DNA of 64,000 nucleotides from positions 4,836,001 through 4,900,000 of the forward strand of contig JBHGNT010000021.1 in NCBI GenBank assembly GCA_043228905.1, in the 5' to 3' direction. This DNA comes from Azolla caroliniana. Taxonomy: Eukaryota; Plantae; Polypodiophyta. The position numbers and the translations under genes are program-made. Position 1 is the first letter of the stretch, and each line of letters opens with the position of its first letter. The notes beneath the pieces were generated by a model, which saw only the letters and a list, made by a program, of their open reading frames with translations, did no database searches and was not told where the DNA came from. Shown here piece by piece: positions 10,553-23,258 of the stretch.

Positions 10553-13552
10553 GTGAAAGCGAGGCGCGAAAAGGTACGTAGTGGGCATTTAAGAGACGCC
10601 ACGCTACTTAATACTAAATTGGTACACGACGTGTGCATGCTCGAAAAAGGCGCCAAAACGCACAAAGAAGAAGCAGAACGCATGGAGACCTTTTCATTTC
10701 GCGAGCCAAGAAGCACAGAAGCACCAAGACAGTGGAAGCTGAGCAAACGCGAACCTGCACGCAGAGAACCCCCGCGCTCAGAACGCTCTCTCTCTCGCTC
10801 TCACTCTCATCACCACTCTACCTCGCCATCTTCCCTCGACCTTGAAGCAGACATGGAACCACAAACGCTGTCGGAAGCGGCCAGGAAATGGTTCAGGCAA
10901 AACGGACTGGAGGGGTTCTTGGCCATCATGGAGGCACCGCCGCACAGAGAAGCCGACCGGGTCATCAAGGAGCTCGCCACAGAGGTCATCACCGAGGAAG
11001 CGATCCGCGCGCTAACAGGCCTTCCGGAGGGAGGAATCTTTCAGATCGATAACCCAACCTCGGAGCAACTCACCCGATATTTCGGTGAGTACTCTGTTGC
11101 CGGCAAAGGCTATCGGACGCAAGGCGGCGAAGATCCGCTATTCAGGGAGATAGCTCGAGTGCTCCATGAGTACGGTCACGTGTACCCCCGACCCCCTGTC
11201 ATGCCAAAAAATCGGGCAGGGATGATCATAGCCACCTATGAAGGGGTCAAGGTGGACTGGCCGGTGTTGATTGCAGACGGGTTGTGCATGGCAATCGACA
11301 TGGTACGAGGGAAGGACGGCAAGGAGGGCCGGAAGCTGTGGCACGCCGTAGCTCAATGGATAACATTGCTCGTGCCGCCGGTCGAGACCGTCCAGCCAAA
11401 GAAGCGGCCAAGAGTATCGGAAGGAAGCACCTCGAAGCCGGCGTCCAAACGACAGCAGCTGCTGGCGTCGAAGGCGACGAAAGGGAAGAAACGGGCCCCA
11501 GAACCGGAGGAGGTGTCACCGGTCCGACCCGTCAAGATAACCTTACGGAGACCAGGACAGAAGGAACCGGAACCCTTGACGGCAGAGAAACATGCCGTGA
11601 CACAGGAAGAGGAAACGGAGGAGCCAGAAGAGCACCTCCAACGACGGTCAAGAAGTAGGACCGCCGAGACAGGAGGGGAGCGGTCGTACCCGCGAGAGGC
11701 AGAAACGCCCCCAACTCAACCTGAGCAAACCACAAGGGAAGAACCGGAACCGGTGCGTAGAGAACCGGTCTTGTCGACTTCTATAGAAGAAGTCAGTCCA
11801 ACGGCTCCGGAGACGGCGAGAACCGGAACTCAACAGCCGGCGAGCCCAGCCAGAGCACACGGCGGCCAAGGAGTAGAACCAGAACGGCATATGCAGGCAA
11901 TCAGGCCAGACAATTCCACAGTGAATGAGCCGACCCGACCAGTACAGCAACAGGGCACCAGTAGCATGTGGCTACGGTGGGTAGGCGAGCAAATCGCCGG
12001 AGTGGTCGAGTATATAGAGGCGGAAGAGAGAGTGCACCAGGAACGGTTGCTCGTCACAACCGTAGATCTAGAGACGGCCCGGTCCAGAATCCGGAGCCTT
12101 GAACAAGACTTGGACAGGGTCACAAGGGAAATGGCGCAAGTGGCTTTGACAACACAAGTCCAAGCACCGGTGACTCCGGGCAATGTACAGAATAAAGCGG
12201 CGGATCAACCTGTACATAGCAATCAGACCCCGGCAACGGAAACCGTTCCGGAGAGAAATGCGTCACAAGCCCAAGAGCTTGCGGATTTAAAGGATGAGCT
12301 TGCTGCCCAAGAAGCGCTGAGGAGCCGCGAAAGAGAATTGAAGACGGCAGCGGAGGCGGAACTCAAAAAGACTGCGGAGAATCTACGCCGGGCCGAGGAG
12401 GGCTTACGGAAAAGCCACCAAGCATACGACCGGCTCAAGGAGGAGAAGGAGAAAATGCTGCAAGAGAAGGAGAGGCTCCGGAGGAACGCCGAAACAGAAG
12501 TAGAGCGCCTGAAAGAGGAACTCCGGCAGGTAAAGGACCGGGAGGACCGGAACCATCGCCAGATCAACGGCAAGCTCAAACAAAAAACGGAGGAATTTGA
12601 GCAATTGCACCGGGAGTATAAACGGTTGCAAACGGAGCACAAGGAACGGACGGATGAGCTCCGGCAAGCAGTTGATCGGACCGCAACCGCATTCGCTAAG
12701 GAACAAGCGGAAAACAGAAGACGGTTGGAAGAGGCGGAGAAGGTTCGGACAGAGCTCCTCAGGCAACAGCAGGCGGAAAAAGAAAGAGCGGCGGAGGTAC
12801 TGCAGAGGCTGCAAACGACATATCAAGGGCAGCTGACGCGCTACAGGGAGCAGGCGGAGGATACGGCAAATCTCATCAAGCAGTTGAAGGAGGAGCGACA
12901 AGTGGTGGAAAGCAGAGCACAAATGGGAGCAAGTCGCATCCAGGATATTATGCGGGCCTGGTTGAACCAGACCAAGAGCTTGATTGACAACGGGTCCGTC
13001 AAATGGTGGACCAAGTGGGCCACGAACGCGGCGGAACTCCAATTGCTCCGGGCTGACGTAGAGAACCGGCGGAAGGAGGGAGATGATTGCTATATGCTGA
13101 CTTCCGAAGACTTCACCGGCATAAGAGATGAGCTTGCCGAAGACTTTCAAGCCTTGGCAGAAGACCAATTAGAGCAAGTCCGGCAACTTGTAGCTCAGCT
13201 GGACGACGACAGGCTGGAGGCGCAGATCCAGTTTGAAAGCTACGAGAGGTCCCGGATCCGGGGAGAGAAAGAACGAGAACCAGTTACGGTCAACCTCAGT
13301 GATGAGGAACCGTTACTGGAAGGAGACCGGACCGGAAGCAGTCAAACGGAGATGCCGGAGCCAGAGAGACAAACGGAGCAGCCGGAGTCAGCGAAACAAA
13401 CGGAGCAGCAGCAGCAAGCAGAGCAGCCGGAGCAACCTCAGTCCCAACCGCAACCACAGCAGCAGCAGCAAGCACAGCCGCAACAACCACAACCGGAAGA
13501 ACAAGTGGAAATTCTTGAACAAACTATTTTGGACAATTTGGGTGAACAATGA
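10553..13552 (+). CDS. Extra sense ORF of the gypsy element: short globular N-terminal region, low-complexity linker, long coiled coil, Q/P-rich tail (candidate ATGs include 10682 and 10853)
   Basis: 999 open codons between pol and the 3' LTR. VKVDWPVLIADGL resembles plant-retroelement accessory domains. E/K/R/Q heptad-rich stretch at about aa 490-900. Confidence 0.8.
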   Translation: MKARREKVRSGHLRDATLLNTKLVHDVCMLEKGAKTHKEEAERMETFSFREPRSTEAPRQWKLSKREPARREPPRSERSLSRSHSHHHSTSPSSLDLEADMEPQTLSEAARKWFRQNGLEGFLAIMEAPPHREADRVIKELATEVITEEAIRALTGLPEGGIFQIDNPTSEQLTRYFGEYSVAGKGYRTQGGEDPLFREIARVLHEYGHVYPRPPVMPKNRAGMIIATYEGVKVDWPVLIADGLCMAIDMVRGKDGKEGRKLWHAVAQWITLLVPPVETVQPKKRPRVSEGSTSKPASKRQQLLASKATKGKKRAPEPEEVSPVRPVKITLRRPGQKEPEPLTAEKHAVTQEEETEEPEEHLQRRSRSRTAETGGERSYPREAETPPTQPEQTTREEPEPVRREPVLSTSIEEVSPTAPETARTGTQQPASPARAHGGQGVEPERHMQAIRPDNSTVNEPTRPVQQQGTSSMWLRWVGEQIAGVVEYIEAEERVHQERLLVTTVDLETARSRIRSLEQDLDRVTREMAQVALTTQVQAPVTPGNVQNKAADQPVHSNQTPATETVPERNASQAQELADLKDELAAQEALRSRERELKTAAEAELKKTAENLRRAEEGLRKSHQAYDRLKEEKEKMLQEKERLRRNAETEVERLKEELRQVKDREDRNHRQINGKLKQKTEEFEQLHREYKRLQTEHKERTDELRQAVDRTATAFAKEQAENRRRLEEAEKVRTELLRQQQAEKERAAEVLQRLQTTYQGQLTRYREQAEDTANLIKQLKEERQVVESRAQMGASRIQDIMRAWLNQTKSLIDNGSVKWWTKWATNAAELQLLRADVENRRKEGDDCYMLTSEDFTGIRDELAEDFQALAEDQLEQVRQLVAQLDDDRLEAQIQFESYERSRIRGEKEREPVTVNLSDEEPLLEGDRTGSSQTEMPEPERQTEQPESAKQTEQQQQAEQPEQPQSQPQPQQQQQAQPQQPQPEEQVEILEQTILDNLGEQ

Positions 13553-16500
13553 AGGGGCCGAGAAGGGTTCGACGTACAAGGTACTGTCCCACGGGCGTGC
13601 CATGTGTTACCGGCCGGCAAGGAGTCCAAAATACGGAGTGAAGGAATTAATTAGATATGGTTGTAAATGAGCAAAGTGTGGACGGACGGACTGGAAACGG
13701 TATGCCGTTCCAGATCCGGACGGATCCCGAATAGGTGCGAGAGGCACCGTTTTGTACTACGGGCCGGAAACCTATTTAAAGGCCCGGACCCTATTGTAAT
13801 GACAGCGGATAATTAGTAGAGCTTATGTTGTTTATACTTCTGTCTTGATTTCCGTTCTGTAATCACTGTTATATCTTACGCGTGTAATTAACCAAAGCAA
13901 TCTAATAGTGTAACCCACGTAAGTCGGTGTAATCGTTGAATCTTAATCCTATGCCGTAATCACCCTTTGGTGAAGTGTCTCTGTGACACCTTGTGTTAGG
14001 CCTTGTCCGGCTAAGAGAATAACAATTCAAGCGTTGCCTCCAATTAGTTTGACGCTTATCAACTAGGAATTGAATTTCTTGGGCTAAAATAGTAATGCAA
14101 TGCAAGCATGAAGTTTCAATTGGCCCTTATGAATGAAGCAACATAGTGAGAAACGAACAAAAACTATTTTACCATATAGAATCATGGTTATATTGCTCAT
14201 TTCCAATTATTCAATTCTTACGACTTTACCTATCATTTGGATTTGTGATAGTTAGTGTCCCCCATTACATTGCAAACCAAAAAAGAGACGCACGTCATGA
14301 TTCATAACCTTGTGCTTGCCACTTTATCTTTTGAGATATATGTCTTTGAAAGAATGAGTCCACGCCAACAATTTGGTGTCTTGAAACAAGTAATAATAGC
14401 TACAAGAATGGCGTTGGACATTGATAAATAAAACCATTTGAGAAGTAATTAGAAGGGCCCCATAGAATGCACATATTCAATGTTGACGTATGCTTTTCAA
14501 ACACTCGAAGAATAGATCTTTTCAATTATGACATCTCCTACAAACATCTAGGACACCAAATTCATGGTGACATGGTAGGAGGCAATACCACAGAGTAGTC
14601 ATGTGAAAACTTGACATAACTAATGAACTTAAAAACCAACACAACTTACACTACGAGAAAATATTACAAAAACCATATTACAACCTTAAGACTTAACTTT
14701 CCATTCTTTGAGCTCATTGTCCTTAAAAAGTAGGTTTGAGGATACAATCAAGGGTGAACCAATGTGGAACTTATAGAAAAGGTTTCCATGTCTTGATTCT
14801 AGTAGTGCTCCAAATGTTTCCATGTCTAAATTACGAAATATTATATTATTTCTAAAGCCACAACATCAATCATTTGGAAGTTTTTAGATGTTGATTTGCT
14901 CATGGAATCCACTTTCCTTCATGGCATTCATAAGTTTTTAAATGTTAGTTTCCTATGGAAGTTACTTTCTTGAAATCTACGAAGACATTTAATTAGTCTA
15001 AATAATAATAAAACAATATTCACCTTCTAATTTACAGTTCATGTCTACCGAAATTAAGCATGCCATACATACCCAATATAAATAGTTACAAACTTACAAG
15101 TCTTATTGCTACTTGACAAGTTTAATCTATTTTATTTGGTTTGGGAATGTTAAATTGGTGCATCTCGTGATTTTCTGACATCTAAAGAGGGTTTAAGTGG
15201 AATATCTAGATCCTTGGGAAATATCAAGGGGGTAAGTAATACATGCACAATATACTACTATACATATGTTCACAATAGTGTCTAAAAATATGGGGTCTTT
15301 CCATCATTTGGTAAATGTGACCAATGATTTATAAAGGGAATCTCTCTCTTTGTTCTCTAAAGATCATCGCTACTTTCTCTCCATGTCTACATGTCATGAT
15401 AAACTCATTTAGAAACTATGGGTAGCATATGAGTAAACTAGGGTTGGGCACAAAGCACCAGACAAGAACGAAAACTTTATGAAGGCATTGAAGAAGGATA
15501 GAGATATAAAATGTAAAATCCGCATAAAAGTGAAAGTAAGAACTTTTATACTTATTCTTGCCAATTTTGGTCTAAAAATTGATCATATTTTAACTCCGAA
15601 GACGATATAAAAGCTATCTACCTATCTCTTCCTTCAGATAGAACCCCCCCTAAACTTTGTGTTTCCTTATATGTCTCTCAATAGCCTACCCTAACCTCAC
15701 CAAGCCTCCTATTGAAATATCTTCCAAGCCTCATCAGATTAACACCCACTCTTTTTTTTTATATAAAAGATTTTCTTCAATAATATTAAGAACAAAACGC
15801 CCGAAGGCTACAACTTGAACCTAGTTACCAAGGAGGTTACAACTTTTCCTATACAATGCTGTAAAATACAAGGATGTTTACATTTGTTGATATTCAAGAA
15901 AGAGTCCATGGAAGTTGATATTGCCATTGAGGATCTTGAGTTGACATTGTAAACAGGGGCACCTTTGCCCACTTCACCCACAAAAAGGGTGAACGTCTCC
16001 CCTGTTCTTGTTATCGATGTAAGGTGAAAGAAATAGTTAGTTCATCATGATGATTGATAGTTTGTCATGATGACTAATGACCATGTGCAACCTACATGAT
16101 CATACAAAAGGAGAAAGCCCTTTGTTTTGAGAGGCCAAGATAAAAGAAAACTGAAGGAACTATGGCAGCCTATTTCAAATTACATTCCTGCATAATGGTA
16201 ACTATACAAAAATTCATCATTACTTGTTACTGCCAATTACTTGTATTTTCCATGATCCATCTTACATATTAATTCAGGCTTATGAATAAATATTCTTCAA
16301 TGCCTCATTTACTACCCTCTTCCACCCAATTAATTACATTGACAACATTTTTCAAGTTGTTAAGCTGAGGTATTACACGAAGAATGTTGCAATGATTCGA
16401 ACTGTGGTCTAAATGAAATGAATCATCATAAGTTCAAATTCTTGTGAGATGTTTTACCATTATTTTGGAATCCGATACATACACAACACAGTAAGGACAA

Positions 16501-16890
16501 ATCAAACTACCTCAAAGATCATGGAAAAACTTTGTTTTCCCTGATCAACATTTACTGCTATGCCATGTATAAGCTGTTACTATTGAGTTTTCAATGTGAT
16601 TTGATCTCCAAGAAGAAGAAATTGAATCCATAGCCTTGCATACAATATGCAGTTTGTATATAGTTCCCCAAACTGATTGGAAAAAGAAAAAGACAGTTTA
16701 TCATCTCTTTTATGATGTGAACCACTTCCTAGGATGAAGTTTCGTAATAAATACTACCAGATTCTAAATGCCTCATTTTCTCATTCATTGGAAAATTTAG
16801 AGAGCACATAAAATCGGCAATCCCTCAAGTGCAATGGGCTACATACACTACAAAACTGCATGCTTGTTGTTAACATAGGTCGAAAGAAAC

Positions 16891-19800
16891 CTATTTCTTC
16901 TTCTTTGACTTGGTGGGTTGTGAAATACTTTTAGAGAGTTTCTGTGTATAGGCAGTACCCTGTACAAAATATAAACCACTGAAAAGTTAGTAGCTACTAT
17001 AAAAGATAACTTGTAATTTTTGTCTAACTACATAGTCTTCTGAACATAATGTCATCATATTGAAATCATTTCAGAATTTCTCAATTTTCAAATCAGATGT
17101 AAATAAATCAAACTATTCATTAGTAAACATGACCATATTTTTTTATATAAAAAACTGTGTTTTTTATACTGATCATATTTATTCAGAAAACTCTTCCGTT
17201 AGTAGATAGTAAAGATATATTCTCACAAAGAATATTTTTGTATACCGGAGAGAGAAAATAGAATAGATTTTGTATCATCCACTAGGAGGCCAATTTTGAC
17301 CCACTAAATAGACATATCATCTAGTATGACTCTTTCCTAAGAAGGGAGAGGTACAATACTGTAGAAAAAACTCTCTCCATAAAAATAATGAACACACATG
17401 TACTCACCTTTCTTGGGGTGGATATGACTAGGGATCGGCAACGGCTCGGCTCAAGCCTAAACCGTTTGGCTAAACCGGCTTAAAGCAGGTTAGCGGCTCG
17501 GCTCGGCTCGGTTCGGTTCGGCATAGGGTTGAGCCTGCCTTAACGGTTTGAGCTCGGCTCGGCTTGGCTTGAGCCTCATCAAACCAGATCAAACCGGCTA
17601 AGCCGTTTAAATGATTTAATTGTTATAAAATTATGGTATGAAGTTGAATATTCATTGTAATAGTATTGTCGTTTTCTCCCAAACCGGTTTCCACGCCAGT
17701 TCACAAACCAGTTTAGGCCAAACCGGTTTAGCCTAAACTAGTTTAGGGATCTGTTTGGTTTGGTTCGGTTCAAGTTTGAAAACCAGTAAACGGTTTAGGC
17801 TTAACCAGTTTGGCTTGGATAAGGCCAAACCGGCTAAGCCTAAACCGAACCGTTGCCGATCCCTAGATATGAATATTACAAGTAAATTATCATGCCCATC
17901 TAATAAGTCATCATACTCCTCCCCAATTACCTTATACACCGAGGATGCAAGAAATAAGTGATGTTCATCCTCCACTAGGTTTTCATTGCATACCTTGCAT
18001 TTCTTCATACTAGAGAGAGAGTGAGAGAATAGAGAGATCGTTTTCATATTTTCAAGGTATTGGGGATTGTGTCATAATTGGTAGCAATAGGCCCAGCTCG
18101 GTTTCGGTTCAGTTCGGTTTCTTGGCCTTGAAACCAAACCAAACCAAACCGTTTACGAAAATTTTAGAACCAAACCAAACCGGTTTATCATAAATCAAAC
18201 CAAACCAAATCATTTTTTTGAGATATTGATTATCATACATATTATGAATCTATGTGAGAAAATCATCATATATTTGGTCATCATACTTATCATAAATTTA
18301 GTTATCACACTTATTATAAATTTGGTCATCATACTTGTCATAAATTTAGTCATCATACATATTATAATTTTGGTCATCATACTTATCATAAATTTGATAA
18401 TCATACATCAAAAGGACACTCTACTTATAATGTATATAAAATTTAATAAGTTAGCCTAGAGGTGAAAATCTAGGAATATTTTTTAACCTATAAACCTATA
18501 AACCTTTTAACCAAACCACATAAACCGAAACCGTTAAACCATGAAATTCAAAACCAAACCGGATCATAACATTTGAAACCAAACCAAACGATTTATTTAT
18601 TTTTGAACTAATAAACCATTCAGCCACGGTTTAACGGTTCGGTTCGGTTTGAGCCGAAACCGGGCCCATTGCTAATAATTGGGATATGCACAATGCTTTT
18701 GTATTTGATGGTAAGCATGGAGTCAAAGCATATCTACAAAAGTTGAAGGGAGTACTAATGTGGCAATTTTCGTGTTCGTCTTGCCTATTGGAAATTCAAC
18801 ATGTTCTACTACCCGTGTAGTTCATGGGTGACCATACTACATTGTGGCACCCATTGTAAGTAGTGTTTTTCACACACATTTATTAATATAATTGTGTATT
18901 TTCACCAAAGAGAGAGAGAGAAAGAAGAGAAAGAACCTGAAGCCATTCATTGTTATTTTCCTCCAAGCTCCGAGTACCCGTCTCAACTTTCTTAGTCCTC
19001 CGTGTCTTCTACGCAAAAGAGAACAAATATTTTATGAGCATAAAAGATCACAAAATTAGCGATCCCTACCTTGCATCAGAATAGAATGATATTACTTACC
19101 TTAGAAATCTTTTGGAATTGTCCATATAACCACATGCCCAGCAGACCTAATAATCCTGAACCAAGTGTTACTAGGAAAATGGTCTCCCCACTAGCAAATC
19201 CACTAGCTTCTATCACTTCAATGGTCCCATTGTAGAAAACGGTGCGGTGAGGGTGGCCATCAACCTCATATAAGATGCTCGCAACAAGGGCAAAGCTCCC
19301 GGCCTGCACAAGAAGGCAGAGATACATGCAATGAGGAAAAAAAAACTGGATAATTACTAATCTAATGGGAAAAAATCCAAAAATGCCCAAGTTTTTGTTA
19401 TTTCCCCAAAACCAATATTGATCAATCCCCTGGGGAAAATAAAGAAAAAGAAAAGCTCCCAGCATTATGGGGTTTTCCCTAAAGTGACATGGATAGACAC
19501 TAATATAAATGTAAATACAACGATAAGGGATAAAAAACACCACAAAGTAGAATAGGGAAGTTACCTGAAGGTACTTGCTCACAGTGAATTTGTAGGGAAA
19601 AGATGCTTGAACTGATGGAGGAACTGTTGACTTGGCAAATTCCTAGTAGTCATAATTTAATTTTTAACAGGGTTAGGTGGCGGATGATCAACTCAAATCA
19701 TTTTGAAAAAAAGTTCAATTGTCAGGATTGAACATTTCTGACTTAACTTACCAGGCCTGAGAAATTCTGAATTTGATATTTGTGATCATAAGTGAGATGC

Positions 19801-21654
19801 AAACTTGCCGATATATAATGAACCTTCAATGGAAGCTCTCCTGTGAAAATTTTAGATAATTTAGTCCTTTTCATAACATTGTCATGGAAAACTCATTCAG
19901 AGCAAGGAAGAAGATAAATATGCAAGCCAAACCATGATTTGAGACTCCAACAATAACCTCAGCTTCCTCCCCAGCAGGTATAGCTGAAATTACACCAATC
20001 CAGTAAGCGATTCATGACATTCATAAATATAGGGCTAAACTCTGAACTACCCAGAGTTTTTGTTTCCAACAATTGCCCCTACATTCTTGCTATTTGCCAA
20101 AATTATCTCAATCAACAACATTCTCCAGCAATTATGTGTGCTGTTTGAGCAATCACATGGCCTTTTTCTCTCTTTTGGGGGTTCCACCAGGAGCATTTGG
20201 GGAAATAACAACAATATAGGGGCAATTGAGGAAGTAAAAAAATCAGCATATTTTTCAGCTTTTTCCTTAAATATATATACACACAGAAATAGGCACCGAG
20301 TTATAGATACATAAATGAATGCATACTAAAACATAGTCACCATTTCTAAAATACCTACATTTATCAGCATTTTTTGGAAAGAAACAAACTGTTTCTACCC
20401 CGGGTGCTGGTTTAAGTTCTGAATCAGAAACATCATCAGTAAATGTAGGATCAATAACCAATCCTGATTCGCCATCTCCAGTCTCACTTGCACCATCATC
20501 AAAAACCTCCGCATTATTCTCTTCACCTGCTATTTCATGCAAAATAAGTTATCAGCCATCTCTTTTAGCCACAATACATGTAAGAAAATTGAAAATACGT
20601 TATTTTAGCCACAATACATGTAAGGAAGTTGAAAATATGTTATTAAGTGGTCCTTTCTAGATATAGTACACACATGAATATTTAAATCACTTAAAGTTAT
20701 CAGCGTTTTATCCATCCTAAGGTTTCCGGTTCTGTATGGAAATGCCTTCTTCACCTAAACTTCATTCAAACATGTTATGTTGTTCTTCTTAATTCTATTG
20801 CACATAAGAAGTCGAGATTACTTGAGATTATCAGTGCTTCCTCATACCTCAGATATCAATTTCTCTATAATCCCACTGTTCCTGTTTCCTGCCTTCAAAT
20901 CAGTGTAGAGATTCGAAATTCACAGCTATACACTAGTTTGAAATCTAGAATTCTTAAAACATGAAACGATGGACTCTTACACAATCTGAACTAAGAAGAG
21001 ATTTTCATTGCATGTTTGGGTTTTAATTTGTTTGTAATTTCATTGTTTCTGTTTCCCTTGATCATTTTTGTTGAAAAATCCTGATATTAATATCTATACA
21101 ATCGGTCTTGCAGGGAAAAAACAAAGGATTCTTAAAGAGTTTGAATTGAAATATAATCCATCTTATGATAGGGTTATTTGTTTGTGTTTCCATAATTAAC
21201 TTATGTGTGAAAACCCCAAAAGCCATAAATTTACAGTCCTTCCAGCAAGAAAAGTCATTGTCCTTGTGGGTTAAAGTACCTGCGTAATCCTATCGTTTCT
21301 AACTCCAAGCTTCAATTTCTATATAAATGCCTCAAAATCAAACATATACAGTAGATCTAAGAAAAGATAAGATGGATTCTTGGTGGATCTAGCCCCTGCG
21401 TAAAGCCATCGTTTTCTCATCGTTTTGTGTCTCTGATCTTCAAATTTCAGTTTCATACCCCCAAGATTCATATACATACACTACTTCCGACAGGGAGAAG
21501 AAGCAACAAAATAGAAAGATTATTGCAGGATCTGAGCGACAGAGGTACCTGGTTCAGAAGCAGCGACGATGGAGAGGGAGGAAGGAGTGCAGAGGAGGAG
21601 GTAAGAAACGAGAAGGAGGGCAAAAAGGGAGAAGGAAAGGACCGATCTGGCCAT
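16891..21654 (-). CDS. Translocon-associated protein alpha (TRAP-alpha/SSR1), 8 exons: 21654-21549, 20526-20359, 19983-19933, 19840-19752, 19642-19565, 19303-19100, 19008-18937, 16959-16891
   Basis: Signal peptide MARSVLSFSLFALLLV, acidic region, then PAPGVETVCFFPKN, IPAGEEAEVIVG, QASFPYKFTVSKYLQAG, FYNGTIEVIEASG and a TM helix. C-terminal KVETGT...NEWLQGTAY...KKKK. All introns are GT-AG and in phase. Confidence 0.92.
17429..17865. mobile_element. hAT-type MITE in TRAP-alpha intron 7
   Basis: TIRs TAGGGATCGGCAACGG / CCGTTGCCGATCCCTA. 8-bp TSD GATATGAC/GATATGAA (one mismatch). Many AAACCG subterminal motifs. Confidence 0.85.
17874..18050 (-). mobile_element. Decayed LINE 3' fragment (C-terminal zinc finger)
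   Basis: CKVCNENLVEDEHHLFL is the same motif type as CRLCHIEIEDEYHFTCKC at 61.7 kb. Confidence 0.55.
18082..18674. mobile_element. hAT-type MITE with internal 24-bp tandem repeat
   Basis: TIRs TAGCAAT(A/G)GGCCC. Perfect 8-bp TSD ATAATTGG. Internal GTCATCATACTTATCATAAATTT(A/G) repeats at about 18270-18400. Confidence 0.88.
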
Positions 21655-23211
21655 GGCGACTACAAACAACTCTACCAGGGCCTTTCTCTTGCCCTACCCC
21701 CTCCAAACAAAACCAAAAAGCAGGCTTCTCTGTTTCTCCGGCAGAAGAAGAAGAAGAAGAAGAAGAAGAAGAAGAAAACAGCTTCCCCTGTTTCTCTGTA
21801 ATCTGATCTGATCTGTTCTGTGTCTCCGGCAGAGCAAGGAAAAAAGCAAAAAAGCAGCTTTCCCCTGTTTCTCCGTTAGTACTCTGTTCTGTGTCTCCGG
21901 TAAAAAAGCAAAGATAGAAAGAAAGAAAAAAAAAACAGGGGAAGAAAAGCAGAAAGCAGAAAACAAAAAACAGGGGAAGGAAAAGCAGAAAGCAGAAAAC
22001 GAAAAAAGCAAGGGAAAGAAGGAAGAGCTTATAACATGAAGTTTTCCGGGCCGAAGAAGGCTCGCTACATTTTGAGTTTTCTAGGCCGAAGAAGGCTCCC
22101 CCCGTACATACAAAATCTGTTTGTCCGCCCGCCCACCCGAGAGCGGACAGAAAAAGAGGAGCACGCCATGCCGCCCGATCGGCCCTTGCCCCGATCAATG
22201 ACCCAAGCAAAAAATGAATGAACGCGGACATGTGGCCACCACACACGTAAACTTCTTCCCCATGCCACTCACAGCTCGAGACCCAACAAGAGCTTGTTGC
22301 TTGCCCATCAACACACATGGCCTGGATGAATAACACATGATACGGGGACAGAAACTCTTCGCTCTATGTATAGCGCAAGTGATCACTCGAATGGTAGCAC
22401 CCCACTTGGGATTTCCCCCATGTCCACATACCCAACCAAAATGTTGGTTAATGCGCACGCCATACATAACGCTTCCTTATTGCTCGAGAGCCAACAAGAA
22501 CTTGTTGCCTATCAACAGTAGCTTGGATCAATGCATGATGATATAGATAGAAGTCTCACACCATGTACAGGGCGGTGGCCCCTTGAATGTTGACACCCCA
22601 TCAATGTCCTTTGAATGTCCACACACCCCCACCAAGTGGACGAGCGCATGCTAACTTGACCAATACGTGATACATATAGAGTCACCATGTATAGAGTGGT
22701 TCCTTGAATGTTGACACCCGAGCCGAAATCCATATTTCTTCCTCCTCTTCCTATCACATATTCCAAGTGGTGAATATCATGTGCATTCATCCCATTTCTG
22801 AACCACTGTCTTCGCCCATGGTATTTGAAGCCCTTCTATCCCTTTCAAGTACCGCGTTATCGTATAATACACTATCCATGGCTTATGTGTAAGGTATAGA
22901 TGTATTAATGCACAACCTGCAAAAAGTGTTCAAAGACACACACACACACCCTCTATATGCACATTATAACGTCAAATGGCAAAAACTATATCATATATTC
23001 TGTATAAAACAAAAGCATGATTGACCGCATTTATGCCAAAACAATACCTACTCAATCCTTCCTTCACAATACAAGCTCATCGATGATTTGTTCTGATTCA
23101 TCGATGCGCGAGCGAAGCATTCGTGCACAAGGCAAATAATACTATTGAAACCATTTTCACGATCCATCTCTCTTCGAATATGCACATGACATAGACGGAG
23201 AGAGATCGCAA

Positions 23212-23222
23212 ACATACATACA

Positions 23223-23258
<36 letters not shown>

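Larger units (their letters stand above)
5834..14024 (+). mobile_element. Young Ty3/gypsy (non-chromovirus, Athila-like) LTR retrotransposon lacking gag, with a 3' extra ORF
   Basis: 420-bp LTRs 5834-6253 and 13605-14024 (TGTTA...TAACA); I found one mismatch by eye. 5-bp TSD ATTCA at 5829-5833 and 14025-14029. Domain order PR-RT-RH-IN. Confidence 0.97.

Noticed and set aside
13551-13567. GAAGGGGCCGAGAAGGG as the gypsy PPT
   Set aside because: It is interrupted by pyrimidines and lies about 37 nt from the LTR, whereas a functional PPT abuts the LTR. Not fully excluded.
6339-13670. Numerous antisense and alternative-frame ORFs over the gypsy element
   Set aside because: They are shadows of GC-rich coding sequence.
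21427-22467. Several ORFs around the TRAP-alpha promoter
   Set aside because: Low-complexity UTR/promoter sequence with (GAA)n and short duplications; no coding signature.
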